From an archaeon (GTDB lineage Archaea; EX4484-52; B79-G9), in NCBI GenBank assembly GCA_043813875.1, contig JBDRKP010000067.1, forward strand, positions 1 to 58,707: DNA of 58,707 nucleotides. The letters are read 5' to 3'. Below the pieces are notes generated by a model, which had not been told where the DNA came from, searched no databases, and worked only from the letters and a program-made list of their open reading frames with translations. The translations under genes were made by a program, and so were the position numbers. Of this stretch, positions 36,480 to 45,008 are shown one piece after another (the first letter of the stretch is position 1; each line of letters opens with the position of its first letter).

Positions 36480-36944
36480 ATGCATCGCAAAGGAGTATCA
36501 CCATTGATTGCCGTAGTGCTTTTGATAGCCTTTACTCTGGCAATAGGCGGATTCCTGTCAAGCTGGCTGCAGGAATTCACACACGAACAAACAGACCTCG
36601 CCACCGAAAACGCAGATGCAGGCTGCATATATGCAACATTTAACGCAGAAGATGCGACATACAATGCATCAGGCAGCAACAAACTGATATTCGACGTAAA
36701 GAGCACAGGCACCCGTGACATAAACATAAAGCAGATAACAGTGACTGCACTAAACATGAGCCGCTTATCCTACACAAGCCCCAATAATTTCAGCGGAACA
36801 GTCAACGCAGGAGATGAGATAGGAATCGTCTTAACCATCGACCCAGCCATAATCCAAAATATCTCAAGAGTAAGAATCATTCCAAGCGATTGCCCGAACA
36901 ATGCAGACGAAATCAAAAGAGAAGAGATAACCCACTACAGCTAA
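36480..36944 (+). CDS. Archaeal type IV pilin-like protein with class III signal peptide (paralog)
   Basis: MHRKG/VSPLIAVVLLIAFTLAIGGFLSSWLQEF. Confidence 0.8.
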   Translation: MHRKGVSPLIAVVLLIAFTLAIGGFLSSWLQEFTHEQTDLATENADAGCIYATFNAEDATYNASGSNKLIFDVKSTGTRDINIKQITVTALNMSRLSYTSPNNFSGTVNAGDEIGIVLTIDPAIIQNISRVRIIPSDCPNNADEIKREEITHYS

Positions 36945-36955
36945 TTGACAAAAAA

Positions 36956-38134
36956 TTAATTTCTAATCCTGAGAACATTCAGCAATCCGACAAAATTCTC
37001 TTTTGATATACTGCCGGAAGCTACCTTCTTCAACGCCTCCTTGGCATTAAAAGCTATACCCAAACCAGCATTCTCAAGCATAAGAGAATCATTTGCGCCA
37101 TCACCGACCGCCACCACCTGATCCTTCTGAAGACCGTATTTCATCCTCAACTCCTCTATTATCTCCCATTTCTTCAGAGCATCGATAATATCCCCTTCAA
37201 TCTCACCTGTCAGCCTGTTGTCTTCTATTACCAGCTTATTGGCATACACATGATCAAAATTCAGCCTCTCGTTCAGCTTATCAGTAAAATAAGTAAAACC
37301 TCCACTAACAAGCGCAGTCTTATAGCCCTGCAATTTCAACGCCCTTATAAGCTCCTCAGCACCCGGCGTAAGCCTCAGATTATCATAGACATCCTTCAAA
37401 ACAGATTCATCCAAACCCATAAGCAGCTTCACCCTCAGCCTCAGTGACTCCTTGAAATCCATCTCCCCATTCATGGCCCTCTGCGTCAGCGCTTTCACAC
37501 GAGACTCGACATTCGCTTTTTTTGCAATCTCATCAATGATCTCAGCATCGACTATAGTCGAATCCATATCAAAGACAATCAGCCTTTTTTCACGGCTGAA
37601 TATATCCTCCCTCTGGAAAACGATATCCATACCAAGCGAAGCGCCCTTCTCCCTAAGGACACACCTCAATTCTTTTGCGCTCTTCGTGCCGATATCAAGC
37701 AGCATCTCAATAGTGATCAAGTTATCACGGGCGACAAGCGAAATCTTCAGGATATTCACTTTCTCCAAAGACAGATAGTTCGCGATTTCATATACAAGCC
37801 CTGTCCTGTTTCTTGCAACAACCGACAAGACATACTTCTTTTTCATGACACAATTAGTGCACTTTGCCAGAGGCTCATTCTCAAGCTTGCTCAACTCGAT
37901 ATTAAGAGACAATTCATCTCTCATTGCATACAGCTTCTCCTGCAACTCAGAACAAGAGATCCTGCCGAGAGAAAGATCGACAATCATGAACATAGAAAAC
38001 ATCTTATGTATCACAGTATGCCCTATATCGATGATATTGAGATTATTCTCTGCAAACACTTTAGAGATGTCTGCAATAATACCGACTCTGTCCTTGCCGG
38101 ATATATTTATTACTACCCAGTCTTTCTCACTCAT
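36956..38134 (-). CDS. serB: Phosphoserine phosphatase with two N-terminal ACT domains
   Basis: HAD motifs LIVFDMDSTIV and GDGANDSLMLENAGLGIAFNAK. Two ACT-like repeats are visible (VINISGKDRVGIIADIS; LSVVARNRTGLVYEIAN). Confidence 0.9.
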   Translation of the reverse strand: MSEKDWVVINISGKDRVGIIADISKVFAENNLNIIDIGHTVIHKMFSMFMIVDLSLGRISCSELQEKLYAMRDELSLNIELSKLENEPLAKCTNCVMKKKYVLSVVARNRTGLVYEIANYLSLEKVNILKISLVARDNLITIEMLLDIGTKSAKELRCVLREKGASLGMDIVFQREDIFSREKRLIVFDMDSTIVDAEIIDEIAKKANVESRVKALTQRAMNGEMDFKESLRLRVKLLMGLDESVLKDVYDNLRLTPGAEELIRALKLQGYKTALVSGGFTYFTDKLNERLNFDHVYANKLVIEDNRLTGEIEGDIIDALKKWEIIEELRMKYGLQKDQVVAVGDGANDSLMLENAGLGIAFNAKEALKKVASGSISKENFVGLLNVLRIRN

Positions 38135-38193
38135 ATAAACACGAGGGGATTCAGAAATTTATATTGTCATGCCTTCCAGAAAACCTTAAAGAT

Positions 38194-38823
38194 TCAAGGC
38201 CGTACCCTTTTGATATTATAATAAGTCACATCATTCTCTTCATCAACCACAGCCAAAAGAGCCCTGGCCCTTATGTTTTGGCTCAGCCTGACATACCGCG
38301 ACCATTCCTGGTAACTCATCGTATGATTCTCAGGAACCGCATGAACATTATATTTCGTATGGTCCTTCGATTCTTTTGCGCCCTCCTTGTAAGGATTGAC
38401 ACCCCGGTCATACACACGGAAATGCGTACCGAACTTGAACCCGGACTTCACGATGAACCCCCGGTTTCTTAGATCGCGATACACACTATACTTCTGAGGA
38501 AACTCTTTATCGATAGACACGCACAGATTATAGAATGAATTGACATCCATCTTCTTATTACGCGCATTGCCCGCATTTATCTCTAGGAAACCTCTTTCCA
38601 AAAGCAACATTGACTCCTCAAGACTGAGCTGGAGATATGCCTTCTTTTCCACTTCAACCCACTTGCCAAAATACTTCTCCTGAAATATGGAATCTGCCTG
38701 CGCCTTATTCCACACTACTACCTTATTCTCAAGAAAGTCCCCGAATGCAATCGGCTCCTTCCGATGTTCAATAGAATTATTATCCGCATAATCTTCCGAT
38801 TCAATCTCATTTTTCTTTGCCAT
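38194..38823 (-). CDS. endA: tRNA-splicing endonuclease
   Basis: YRDLRNRGFIVKSGFKFGTHFRVY ... HTKYNVHAV (catalytic Tyr/His/Lys region). The ATG at 38823 is preferred. Confidence 0.85.
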   Translation of the reverse strand: MAKKNEIESEDYADNNSIEHRKEPIAFGDFLENKVVVWNKAQADSIFQEKYFGKWVEVEKKAYLQLSLEESMLLLERGFLEINAGNARNKKMDVNSFYNLCVSIDKEFPQKYSVYRDLRNRGFIVKSGFKFGTHFRVYDRGVNPYKEGAKESKDHTKYNVHAVPENHTMSYQEWSRYVRLSQNIRARALLAVVDEENDVTYYNIKRVRP

Positions 38824-38906
38824 GACTATCACACTCAAATTAAATATATTGTCCTTTAAGAACATATAAAACATAATCTCTTTTAAATAAATATTGATTC
38901 CAGGCA

Positions 38907-39554
38907 TTATAAATCAAGTTTAGTCACATCCTCAGCAATCATATCCACCCCGAGTTCTTCTGCATCCTTTCTCTTCAACACGCCAGTCAGAACGACAGCG
39001 CATTCACAGCCCGCGTTCTTCGCCATAAGAACATCATTCTTCGTATCCCCCACATAGACTATTTTCTCGGCAGGGATATTGAAATGCCTTGAAGCAAGAA
39101 GGATCATATCCGGGAATGGCTTCCCATTTTCCACATCATCAGCGCCAATCAGCAAGCTGAAATACTTCAAAAGACCTAACCTAGACACCCACTTCTCAAG
39201 AACGTGATGGCTATTCCCAGAAGCAATCGCAAGCACATGATTCCTCTTCTTTAAGTCTAAAAGAAACTCAGAAATCCCCTCGATTTCCTCAAAACAATCA
39301 GAAAAACGATCATCCTCAAAGCCTTCCTTCACCTTTTCGCCGATACGCCTCTCAATCTCAGGAGTCCTGTAATCCTCTTCAAGCAGTTTCGGCACAATCA
39401 CCTTATAATGCTTTCCGAAATGATGGGTGATCTCCTCATCAGAAGCATTTAGAGGTACATCCGCATTACTGAAAGCGTTTCTTATATTCCGGACATGGCA
39501 ATGATTCGATTTTACAAGTACGCCGTCAAAATCAAACAAAATCAGCTTTCTCAT
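38907..39554 (-). CDS. HAD-superfamily hydrolase (phosphoglycolate phosphatase / beta-PGM-like)
   Basis: LILFDFDGVLV, ...ASGNS..., VYVGDTKNDVLMAKNAG. The ATG at 39554 is chosen because the longer ORF would run through the tRNA gene. Confidence 0.8.
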   Translation of the reverse strand: MRKLILFDFDGVLVKSNHCHVRNIRNAFSNADVPLNASDEEITHHFGKHYKVIVPKLLEEDYRTPEIERRIGEKVKEGFEDDRFSDCFEEIEGISEFLLDLKKRNHVLAIASGNSHHVLEKWVSRLGLLKYFSLLIGADDVENGKPFPDMILLASRHFNIPAEKIVYVGDTKNDVLMAKNAGCECAVVLTGVLKRKDAEELGVDMIAEDVTKLDL

Positions 39555-39591
39555 CAAGAAATCATCCTTTAGTATATCCTTTAGTATAAAA

Positions 39592-39697
39592 TGGTGGGAC
39601 GAGCGTGACTTGAACACGCGACAACTAGATGTCCAAAACGTCAAAATCAAGACGTTATTTCTTCAGTCTAGCGCTCTTCCAGCTGAGCTACCGTCCC
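39592..39697 (-). tRNA. tRNA-Phe (GAA) with a 30-nt intron at the canonical 37/38 position and a genomically encoded CCA
   Basis: The reverse complement folds as GGGACGG-TA-GCTC-AGCTGGAA-GAGC-G-CTAGA-CTGAAG[intron AAATAACGTCTTGATTTTGACGTTTTGGAC]A-TCTAG-TTGTC-GCGTG-TTCAAGT-CACGC-TCGTCCC-A-CCA. All four stems pair (one G-U). The intron spans 39631-39660 and has a 6-bp internal hairpin AACGTC/GACGTT. Confidence 0.9.
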
Positions 39698-39725
39698 TCG
39701 ATTACAACACACTTTAACCAGTTAC

Positions 39726-39734
39726 TTTTATATA
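39726..39734 (-). promoter_or_regulatory. TATA box for the tRNA-Phe gene
   Basis: The minus strand reads TATATAAAA, ending 28 nt upstream of the mature tRNA 5' end. This is typical archaeal TATA-to-start spacing. Confidence 0.5.
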
Positions 39735-39936
39735 CTTTTCTTTGTTTTCAGGATAGAATCAAAAAAATCAGTATATATCCCCTATCCGTTTTTTCAGAAA
39801 CGCCAAAAACCCATCCGAACCATGAGCATATTCCTCAATCTTCACACATGAAAAAATCCCGTCATCATACAGCTTATGCAACATAACAATTCTTATCCCA
39901 CAATAATATTAAAAGATATCTTGACACTACTATTCC

Positions 39937-41175
39937 ATGGAGCACACATCCAAGTCAATAATAGGCACCGAAAGCAAGGAACTGGCAGACAAAAAGATTG
40001 TTCTGTGCATATGCGGCTCAGTCGCAGCAGTAAAATCACCTGAAATCGCCCGCGAACTAATGAGACATGGCGCCGAAGTCTACCCCGTGATGAGTGAAAG
40101 TGCAAAAAAGATAATCCACCCATACCTCATGGAATGGTCAACAGGAAACCCCTGCATCACCGAACTCACAGGCAGGATTGAGCATGTAGAGTTATGCGGC
40201 AAGCACGAAAAAAAAGCAGACCTGCTCCTGATCGCCCCCGCAACAGCAAACACCATCTCAAAAATCGCCTGCGGAATAGACGACACAACAGTCACGACAT
40301 TTGCGACAACCGCTCTCGGCTCAAAAATACCCGTCATCATAGTCCCCGCCATGCACGAATCAATGTACGAGAACCCCATAATCGAAAAAAACATATATCT
40401 CCTCAAAAGTCAGGGCATAATCTTCATAGACCCAAAGATCGCACACATGAAAGCGCACATAAGTCCGACAGAACACATAGTAAAGACAATATGCAGCATA
40501 TTCACAAAAAAAGACCTCAAAGATAAGAGAATATTGATCACAGCAGGCCCGACAATCGAACACATCGACCCTGTGCGGATCATAACAAACCCCGGCTCAG
40601 GAAAAACAGGCATTTATCTTGCAAAAGCCGCGCATAAAAGAGGCGCAGACGTAACACTGATAACCGGCAACATAGGTCAGTTAGAAAAAGACGGCTACAA
40701 GATAATCCAGACAAAAACAACATCACAGATGTACAACGCAGTAAAAGGCAACCTTAAAGACACAGACATATTCATCCACACAGCATCAGTCGCCGACTTC
40801 ACACTAGACGCATCACAAGAGAAAATATCCACAGACAAAAAAACAATCACACTGACACTGAAACCAACGATAAAGATCATAGACGAGATCAAAAAAATCA
40901 AAAAAGACATCTTCCTAGTAGGATTCAAAGCCGATCACTCGGTAAAAAAAGATATCCTCATAGAAAAAGCCAAAAAAAAGCTCGAAAAATCAGACGCAGA
41001 CATGATAGTGGCAAACGACGTCTCGATAGAAGGCTGCGGCTTTGGGACAGACGAAAACAAAGTGATAATAGTCGACAAAAAAGGAAAAGTCATGGAAACA
41101 GAAAAGATCCACAAAAAAGACCTCGCAGACCTCATCCTCGACGAGATTTTGAAAAGGACACAAAAACCTATTTAA
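39937..41175 (+). CDS. coaBC: Bifunctional phosphopantothenoylcysteine decarboxylase / phosphopantothenate-cysteine ligase
   Basis: Flavoprotein half KKIVLCICGSVAAVKSPEIAREL..PATANTISKIACGIDD, and CoaB half ILITAGPTIEHIDPVRIITNPGSGKTG. Confidence 0.9.
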   Translation: MEHTSKSIIGTESKELADKKIVLCICGSVAAVKSPEIARELMRHGAEVYPVMSESAKKIIHPYLMEWSTGNPCITELTGRIEHVELCGKHEKKADLLLIAPATANTISKIACGIDDTTVTTFATTALGSKIPVIIVPAMHESMYENPIIEKNIYLLKSQGIIFIDPKIAHMKAHISPTEHIVKTICSIFTKKDLKDKRILITAGPTIEHIDPVRIITNPGSGKTGIYLAKAAHKRGADVTLITGNIGQLEKDGYKIIQTKTTSQMYNAVKGNLKDTDIFIHTASVADFTLDASQEKISTDKKTITLTLKPTIKIIDEIKKIKKDIFLVGFKADHSVKKDILIEKAKKKLEKSDADMIVANDVSIEGCGFGTDENKVIIVDKKGKVMETEKIHKKDLADLILDEILKRTQKPI

Positions 41176-41201
41176 AATGTATATTCAAAGATACAGAATA
41201 G

Positions 41202-42155
41202 GTGAAAAATATGTGGCTTCAACTTAAGATGTATCTTGTCATGGGCGCTTTCTTCGCAATCATATACTCCCTGTTCGTCGTCGCCGGCGCATATCTGGGA
41301 ATAGGCAACTTCATATTCTACGGCATCCTAGCGACAGTGATGATGCTCATCCAGTACATGATAGGACCGACCATAGTCAACTGGTCGATGCGCGTGCGCT
41401 ACGTAACCGAACAACAGGAACCCGAACTCCATCACATGGTCGCCGAACTTGCAAAAAAAGCAGGCATACCAAAACCAAAGATAGGCATCTCATCCATGCC
41501 CATCCCGAACGCGTTCGCCTTCGGCAGATGGAGCTCAGACGCCAGAGTATGCATCACAGAACAGATAAGAAGCCTGCTCACAAAAGACGAGCTGAAAGCA
41601 GTACTGGGCCACGAGATATCGCACATAAAAAACAGGGACGTACTGATCATAACACTCATAAGCGTAGTCCCGACAATCGCCTGGTACATGGCATGGAACT
41701 TCATGTTTTCAAGAGACCGCGAAGGCAACAGCAATTTCGCGATCGGAATCGCCGCATTCGCAATCTACTTCGCCACCAACCTCCTAGTGCTGTACGCCTC
41801 AAGGATAAGAGAATACGCAGCAGACCAGGGCAGCATCAAGCTGGGCAGCAGGCCGAGCACCATGGCCTCAGCGCTCTTCAAACTGGTCTACGGCAGCGCA
41901 AAAACACCAAAAGACATATTAAAACAGTCAGAAGGCATGAAAGCATTCTTCGCAAACGACCCGTCAAGAGCAAGAAGAGACCTGGCAGAACTCAAACAAG
42001 TGGATGCAGACGGCAGCGGCTCGATCGACGATTCCGAACTGAGAGCGATAAGGAACAAAAAAGCATCAATAACAAGCGCAGACAGATTCATGGAGATGAT
42101 GAGCACCCACCCAAACATGGTAAAGAGAGTGCAGGCGCTCTCAAGACTGAACTGA
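41202..42155 (+). CDS. htpX: HtpX-like M48 zinc metalloprotease with an EF-hand-like loop in the C-terminal region
   Basis: HEISHIKNRD (HExxH), EYAADQG, STHPNMVKR and TM helices. The sequence DADGSGSIDDSE (42003-42038) fits a canonical 12-residue EF-hand loop. Confidence 0.9.
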   Translation: MKNMWLQLKMYLVMGAFFAIIYSLFVVAGAYLGIGNFIFYGILATVMMLIQYMIGPTIVNWSMRVRYVTEQQEPELHHMVAELAKKAGIPKPKIGISSMPIPNAFAFGRWSSDARVCITEQIRSLLTKDELKAVLGHEISHIKNRDVLIITLISVVPTIAWYMAWNFMFSRDREGNSNFAIGIAAFAIYFATNLLVLYASRIREYAADQGSIKLGSRPSTMASALFKLVYGSAKTPKDILKQSEGMKAFFANDPSRARRDLAELKQVDADGSGSIDDSELRAIRNKKASITSADRFMEMMSTHPNMVKRVQALSRLN

Positions 42156-42172
42156 TAAATAAACTGATCAAG

Positions 42173-42778
42173 ATGACCAGTTACAACACATTGAATGAAT
42201 ACGCAAACTATCTGGACCAAGAGGAGAATCGAATGGATTACAGACAATACTACAATATTGAATCATATTTACTTGATACAGTCCAACCCAGATTTGCGCA
42301 AGAAGGCCAATTGTCTGCTGATGATTTCTTCTGTATTGTAATTTGGAAAGCAAATCGGTCCAAATCAAAAATTGCTAAGATACTGCTAGGAAAACATAAG
42401 AATCTTGACATAGCAATTCAATCCCTCACGACAGGTCTATCGCAACAGCCAAACGCGAAAGAGAAATTACGCTATTTGATAAAAGATTGGGATTTTCACT
42501 TGCCGATGGCATCAGCCATTCTTACTATCCTTTATCCAAATGAGTTCACGGTATATGATACACGTGTATGCGCTACATTAAGAAAGTTTCACAAACTAAA
42601 AAATCGGAAGTACTCTGAAAACTTATGGCATGAATATCAAAAATATAAACAAGAAGTTGAAAAATCGACTCCAAATGAACTTAATCTTCGAGACAAAGAT
42701 CGCTATTTGTGGGGTAAGTCTTTCTATGAACAACTTAGAAAAGACATCGAAAATGAGTTCAATGTCAACAATGGCTAG
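42173..42778 (+). CDS. Hypothetical protein (201 aa), visibly A/T-richer than its neighbours
   Basis: An in-frame ATG at 42173 follows the htpX stop. The upstream 215 codons of the 416-aa track ORF overlap htpX in another frame and look non-coding. I cannot name a family. The segment LPMASAILTILYPNEFTVYDTR is faintly helix-hairpin-helix-like. Confidence 0.5.
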   Translation: MTSYNTLNEYANYLDQEENRMDYRQYYNIESYLLDTVQPRFAQEGQLSADDFFCIVIWKANRSKSKIAKILLGKHKNLDIAIQSLTTGLSQQPNAKEKLRYLIKDWDFHLPMASAILTILYPNEFTVYDTRVCATLRKFHKLKNRKYSENLWHEYQKYKQEVEKSTPNELNLRDKDRYLWGKSFYEQLRKDIENEFNVNNG

Positions 42779-42808
42779 TCAATAAACCAACCACACATAT
42801 CGTATACA

Positions 42809-43648
42809 TCACCCATACCTCTTTCCATGCACAGCAAGATATCTCCTCAAAAAATAATTCAAAAAACCATCTTCATCCCTTAAAAGCGCCCGATAATAAG
42901 ACTTCCTCTTCGCATACTCGATAATCAGCATAGGATAACCTCCATGCCATAGTATATGATTCATAAGCAGCCTTCCAATCCTTCCATTCCCGTCCCCGAA
43001 CGGATGAATCTTCTCGAAACGATAATGCGCCCGAGCCGCGAGCTCAACAGGATTCATCCCCCCTTTATCAATAAACCCAACAAGCTCTTCCATAAGCCCA
43101 GAAACATCCTGCCAGTCAGGAGCATTATAAGAACCCACCCTGACAAGAAAATCCCGAAACCTCCCCGCTATATCTTTCTTTGTACCCCCGAAAATGCCCT
43201 CATGCCACCTCAACACCAATTCATTTGAAACCTTCTCCTGCTTATCAAGCATCTCCAAAAAGACATCAAAATGTGCCTCAGTCTCCCGGACATCCCTCAG
43301 CGGCTTATTAGAAGCCATCTTATCAACAACAATCCCTCTGGTCTCCTCAAGAGTGATAGTCGAACCCTCGATAGCATTAGTATTATAAGTAAATGCGATT
43401 GCAATCTCCTGAATGTCCCTTGCTTTGGCGCTCTCAGGACATCTTTTCCATTCCTCCTGGAACTTATCCTTTATCCTTTCAAGCTTCAGATAAAGAGCCC
43501 TCTGCCATTCCTCTCTCGATAGCTGCTTCAACCCCTCGACATTTTCAGGAATTCTTTTCCCAAGATACTTTTCCCTGGTCACGACCTTCCCGCACTCTCT
43601 AAACGAGTGCTGCAGATAAAAATACTCTCCTCTCCGGATAATTCTCAT
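42809..43648 (-). CDS. fic: Fic/Fido-domain protein (class II, with internal inhibitory motif)
   Basis: Active-site motif HPFGDGNGRIGRLL. The upstream segment TNAIEG fits the (S/T)xxxE(G/N) inhibitory-helix motif. Confidence 0.9.
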   Translation of the reverse strand: MRIIRRGEYFYLQHSFRECGKVVTREKYLGKRIPENVEGLKQLSREEWQRALYLKLERIKDKFQEEWKRCPESAKARDIQEIAIAFTYNTNAIEGSTITLEETRGIVVDKMASNKPLRDVRETEAHFDVFLEMLDKQEKVSNELVLRWHEGIFGGTKKDIAGRFRDFLVRVGSYNAPDWQDVSGLMEELVGFIDKGGMNPVELAARAHYRFEKIHPFGDGNGRIGRLLMNHILWHGGYPMLIIEYAKRKSYYRALLRDEDGFLNYFLRRYLAVHGKRYG

Positions 43649-43658
43649 AATAGAATAT

Positions 43659-43709
43659 TACCATTACAAATATTTAAAATTAACGAAATATCATCAAAAT
43701 GTAATGGTA
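43659..43709. repeat. 10-bp perfect inverted repeat bracketing an A/T-rich 31-nt spacer immediately upstream of fic
   Basis: TACCATTACA (43659-43668) and TGTAATGGTA (43700-43709). The spacer contains aatatttaaaatt (TATA-like). Confidence 0.45.
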
Positions 43710-43813
43710 TAAAACCAGAAATCTGCCCCACAGACACCGTCAAACAAGCAGGAATCAAAAAGACAACGAGAACCAGACACACGAAAACAAAAATAACTTA
43801 CAAAAAAGAAGAC

Positions 43814-44965
43814 CTAAAACATATCAATGCCAAGACCAGAAACAGTAACACTTCTGTGAGGAGTCACATTTTTCCTGATATCAGCATATATATCCGCAAC
43901 AGACTGCTTTATACCCGTAACCACAACCATGACTTCAAGAGGAGCCTTCAGGTTCTGCGTGATCGATGCCCCCCAGATAATTTTCGCATCATCAGACAGA
44001 TTCTTTCTAATCAGGTTGACAATAGTTTCAGACTCCTTCAAAGTAAGATCAGGCCCGCCCGTAACATTGATAAGAGCCCCGGTCGCGTCCTGTATATCAA
44101 CAGACAGTAGCGGATTGTTAAGCGCCTTATAGACAGCATTCTCCACCCGTTTATTTGAATCATCATATCCTATGCCGATCATAGACATGCCGCCATCACA
44201 CATGACAGACCTGACATCAGCAAAATCAAGATTGATAAGACCCGGCTTTGTTATAAGCTCAGTCATGCCTTTCATCGCACCCACCAAAATCTCATCAGCA
44301 ACCCTGAACGCCTGGTCTATTGGAAGATCAGGCACAATCTCAAGCAACTTCTCATTTGGGATAATGATCAAAGTATCAACCAACTTCTCAAGCTTTTCAA
44401 GCCCGCCCCTTGCATTCATATGCCTGTTATTGCCCTCCATCTCAAAAGGCAACGTGACAATCGCAATAGTAAGCGCTCCAAGCGACTTGGAAACTTCAGC
44501 AACAACAGGAGCTGTCCCCGTACCGGTTCCTCCACCAAGCCCGCACGTTATAAAAACCATATTTGATTTACCTATAGCCTTGTGAATAGCCATCTTCGAC
44601 TCACGTGCTGCTTCCTCCCCTAGACGCGGATCAGAACCGGCACCAAGCCCTTTCGTCACCTGCTCCCCGAGAAGTATCTTTTCATCAGCATAACTCTCCA
44701 AAAGATCCTGCGCATCAGTATTCACGGCAATGACTTTCGCACCGACAATGCCGATCTGAGACAACCGGTTCACAGTATTGTTGCCGGCACCCCCGCATCC
44801 CACGATAGTTATATCAACAAACTTATTCTCGATAAGCTGCTTGAGCTCAGCATCAATATCATGATGTCTCGAACCTGACTTTGGAGCTAGCTTCCTCTCA
44901 ATTTTTTTATCGAGTTCATCTTCTCTGTCAAGAACACCTTTAATAATATCATCCATTGGAATCAC
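43814..44965 (-). CDS. ftsZ: Cell division GTPase FtsZ
   Basis: GCGGAGNNTVNRL, the tubulin signature GLGGGTGTGTAPVVAE, and NLDFADV. Confidence 0.95.
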   Translation of the reverse strand: MIPMDDIIKGVLDREDELDKKIERKLAPKSGSRHHDIDAELKQLIENKFVDITIVGCGGAGNNTVNRLSQIGIVGAKVIAVNTDAQDLLESYADEKILLGEQVTKGLGAGSDPRLGEEAARESKMAIHKAIGKSNMVFITCGLGGGTGTGTAPVVAEVSKSLGALTIAIVTLPFEMEGNNRHMNARGGLEKLEKLVDTLIIIPNEKLLEIVPDLPIDQAFRVADEILVGAMKGMTELITKPGLINLDFADVRSVMCDGGMSMIGIGYDDSNKRVENAVYKALNNPLLSVDIQDATGALINVTGGPDLTLKESETIVNLIRKNLSDDAKIIWGASITQNLKAPLEVMVVVTGIKQSVADIYADIRKNVTPHRSVTVSGLGIDMF

Positions 44966-45008
44966 TTGCCTATGATAGCACAGAAACCTTTAAATCTGTT
45001 TAGGATTG

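Noticed and set aside
39629-39886. 85-aa + strand ORF, and the long 5' extension of the HAD hydrolase ORF (to 39650)
   Set aside because: Both overlap the well-folding tRNA-Phe gene. The internal ATG at 39554 gives the canonical HAD N-terminus (MRKLILFDFDG).
41528-42172. N-terminal 215 codons of the 416-aa track ORF
   Set aside because: This part overlaps htpX in a different frame with an R/K/H/Q-rich nonsense-like translation. The real gene most likely starts at the ATG at 42173, after the htpX stop.
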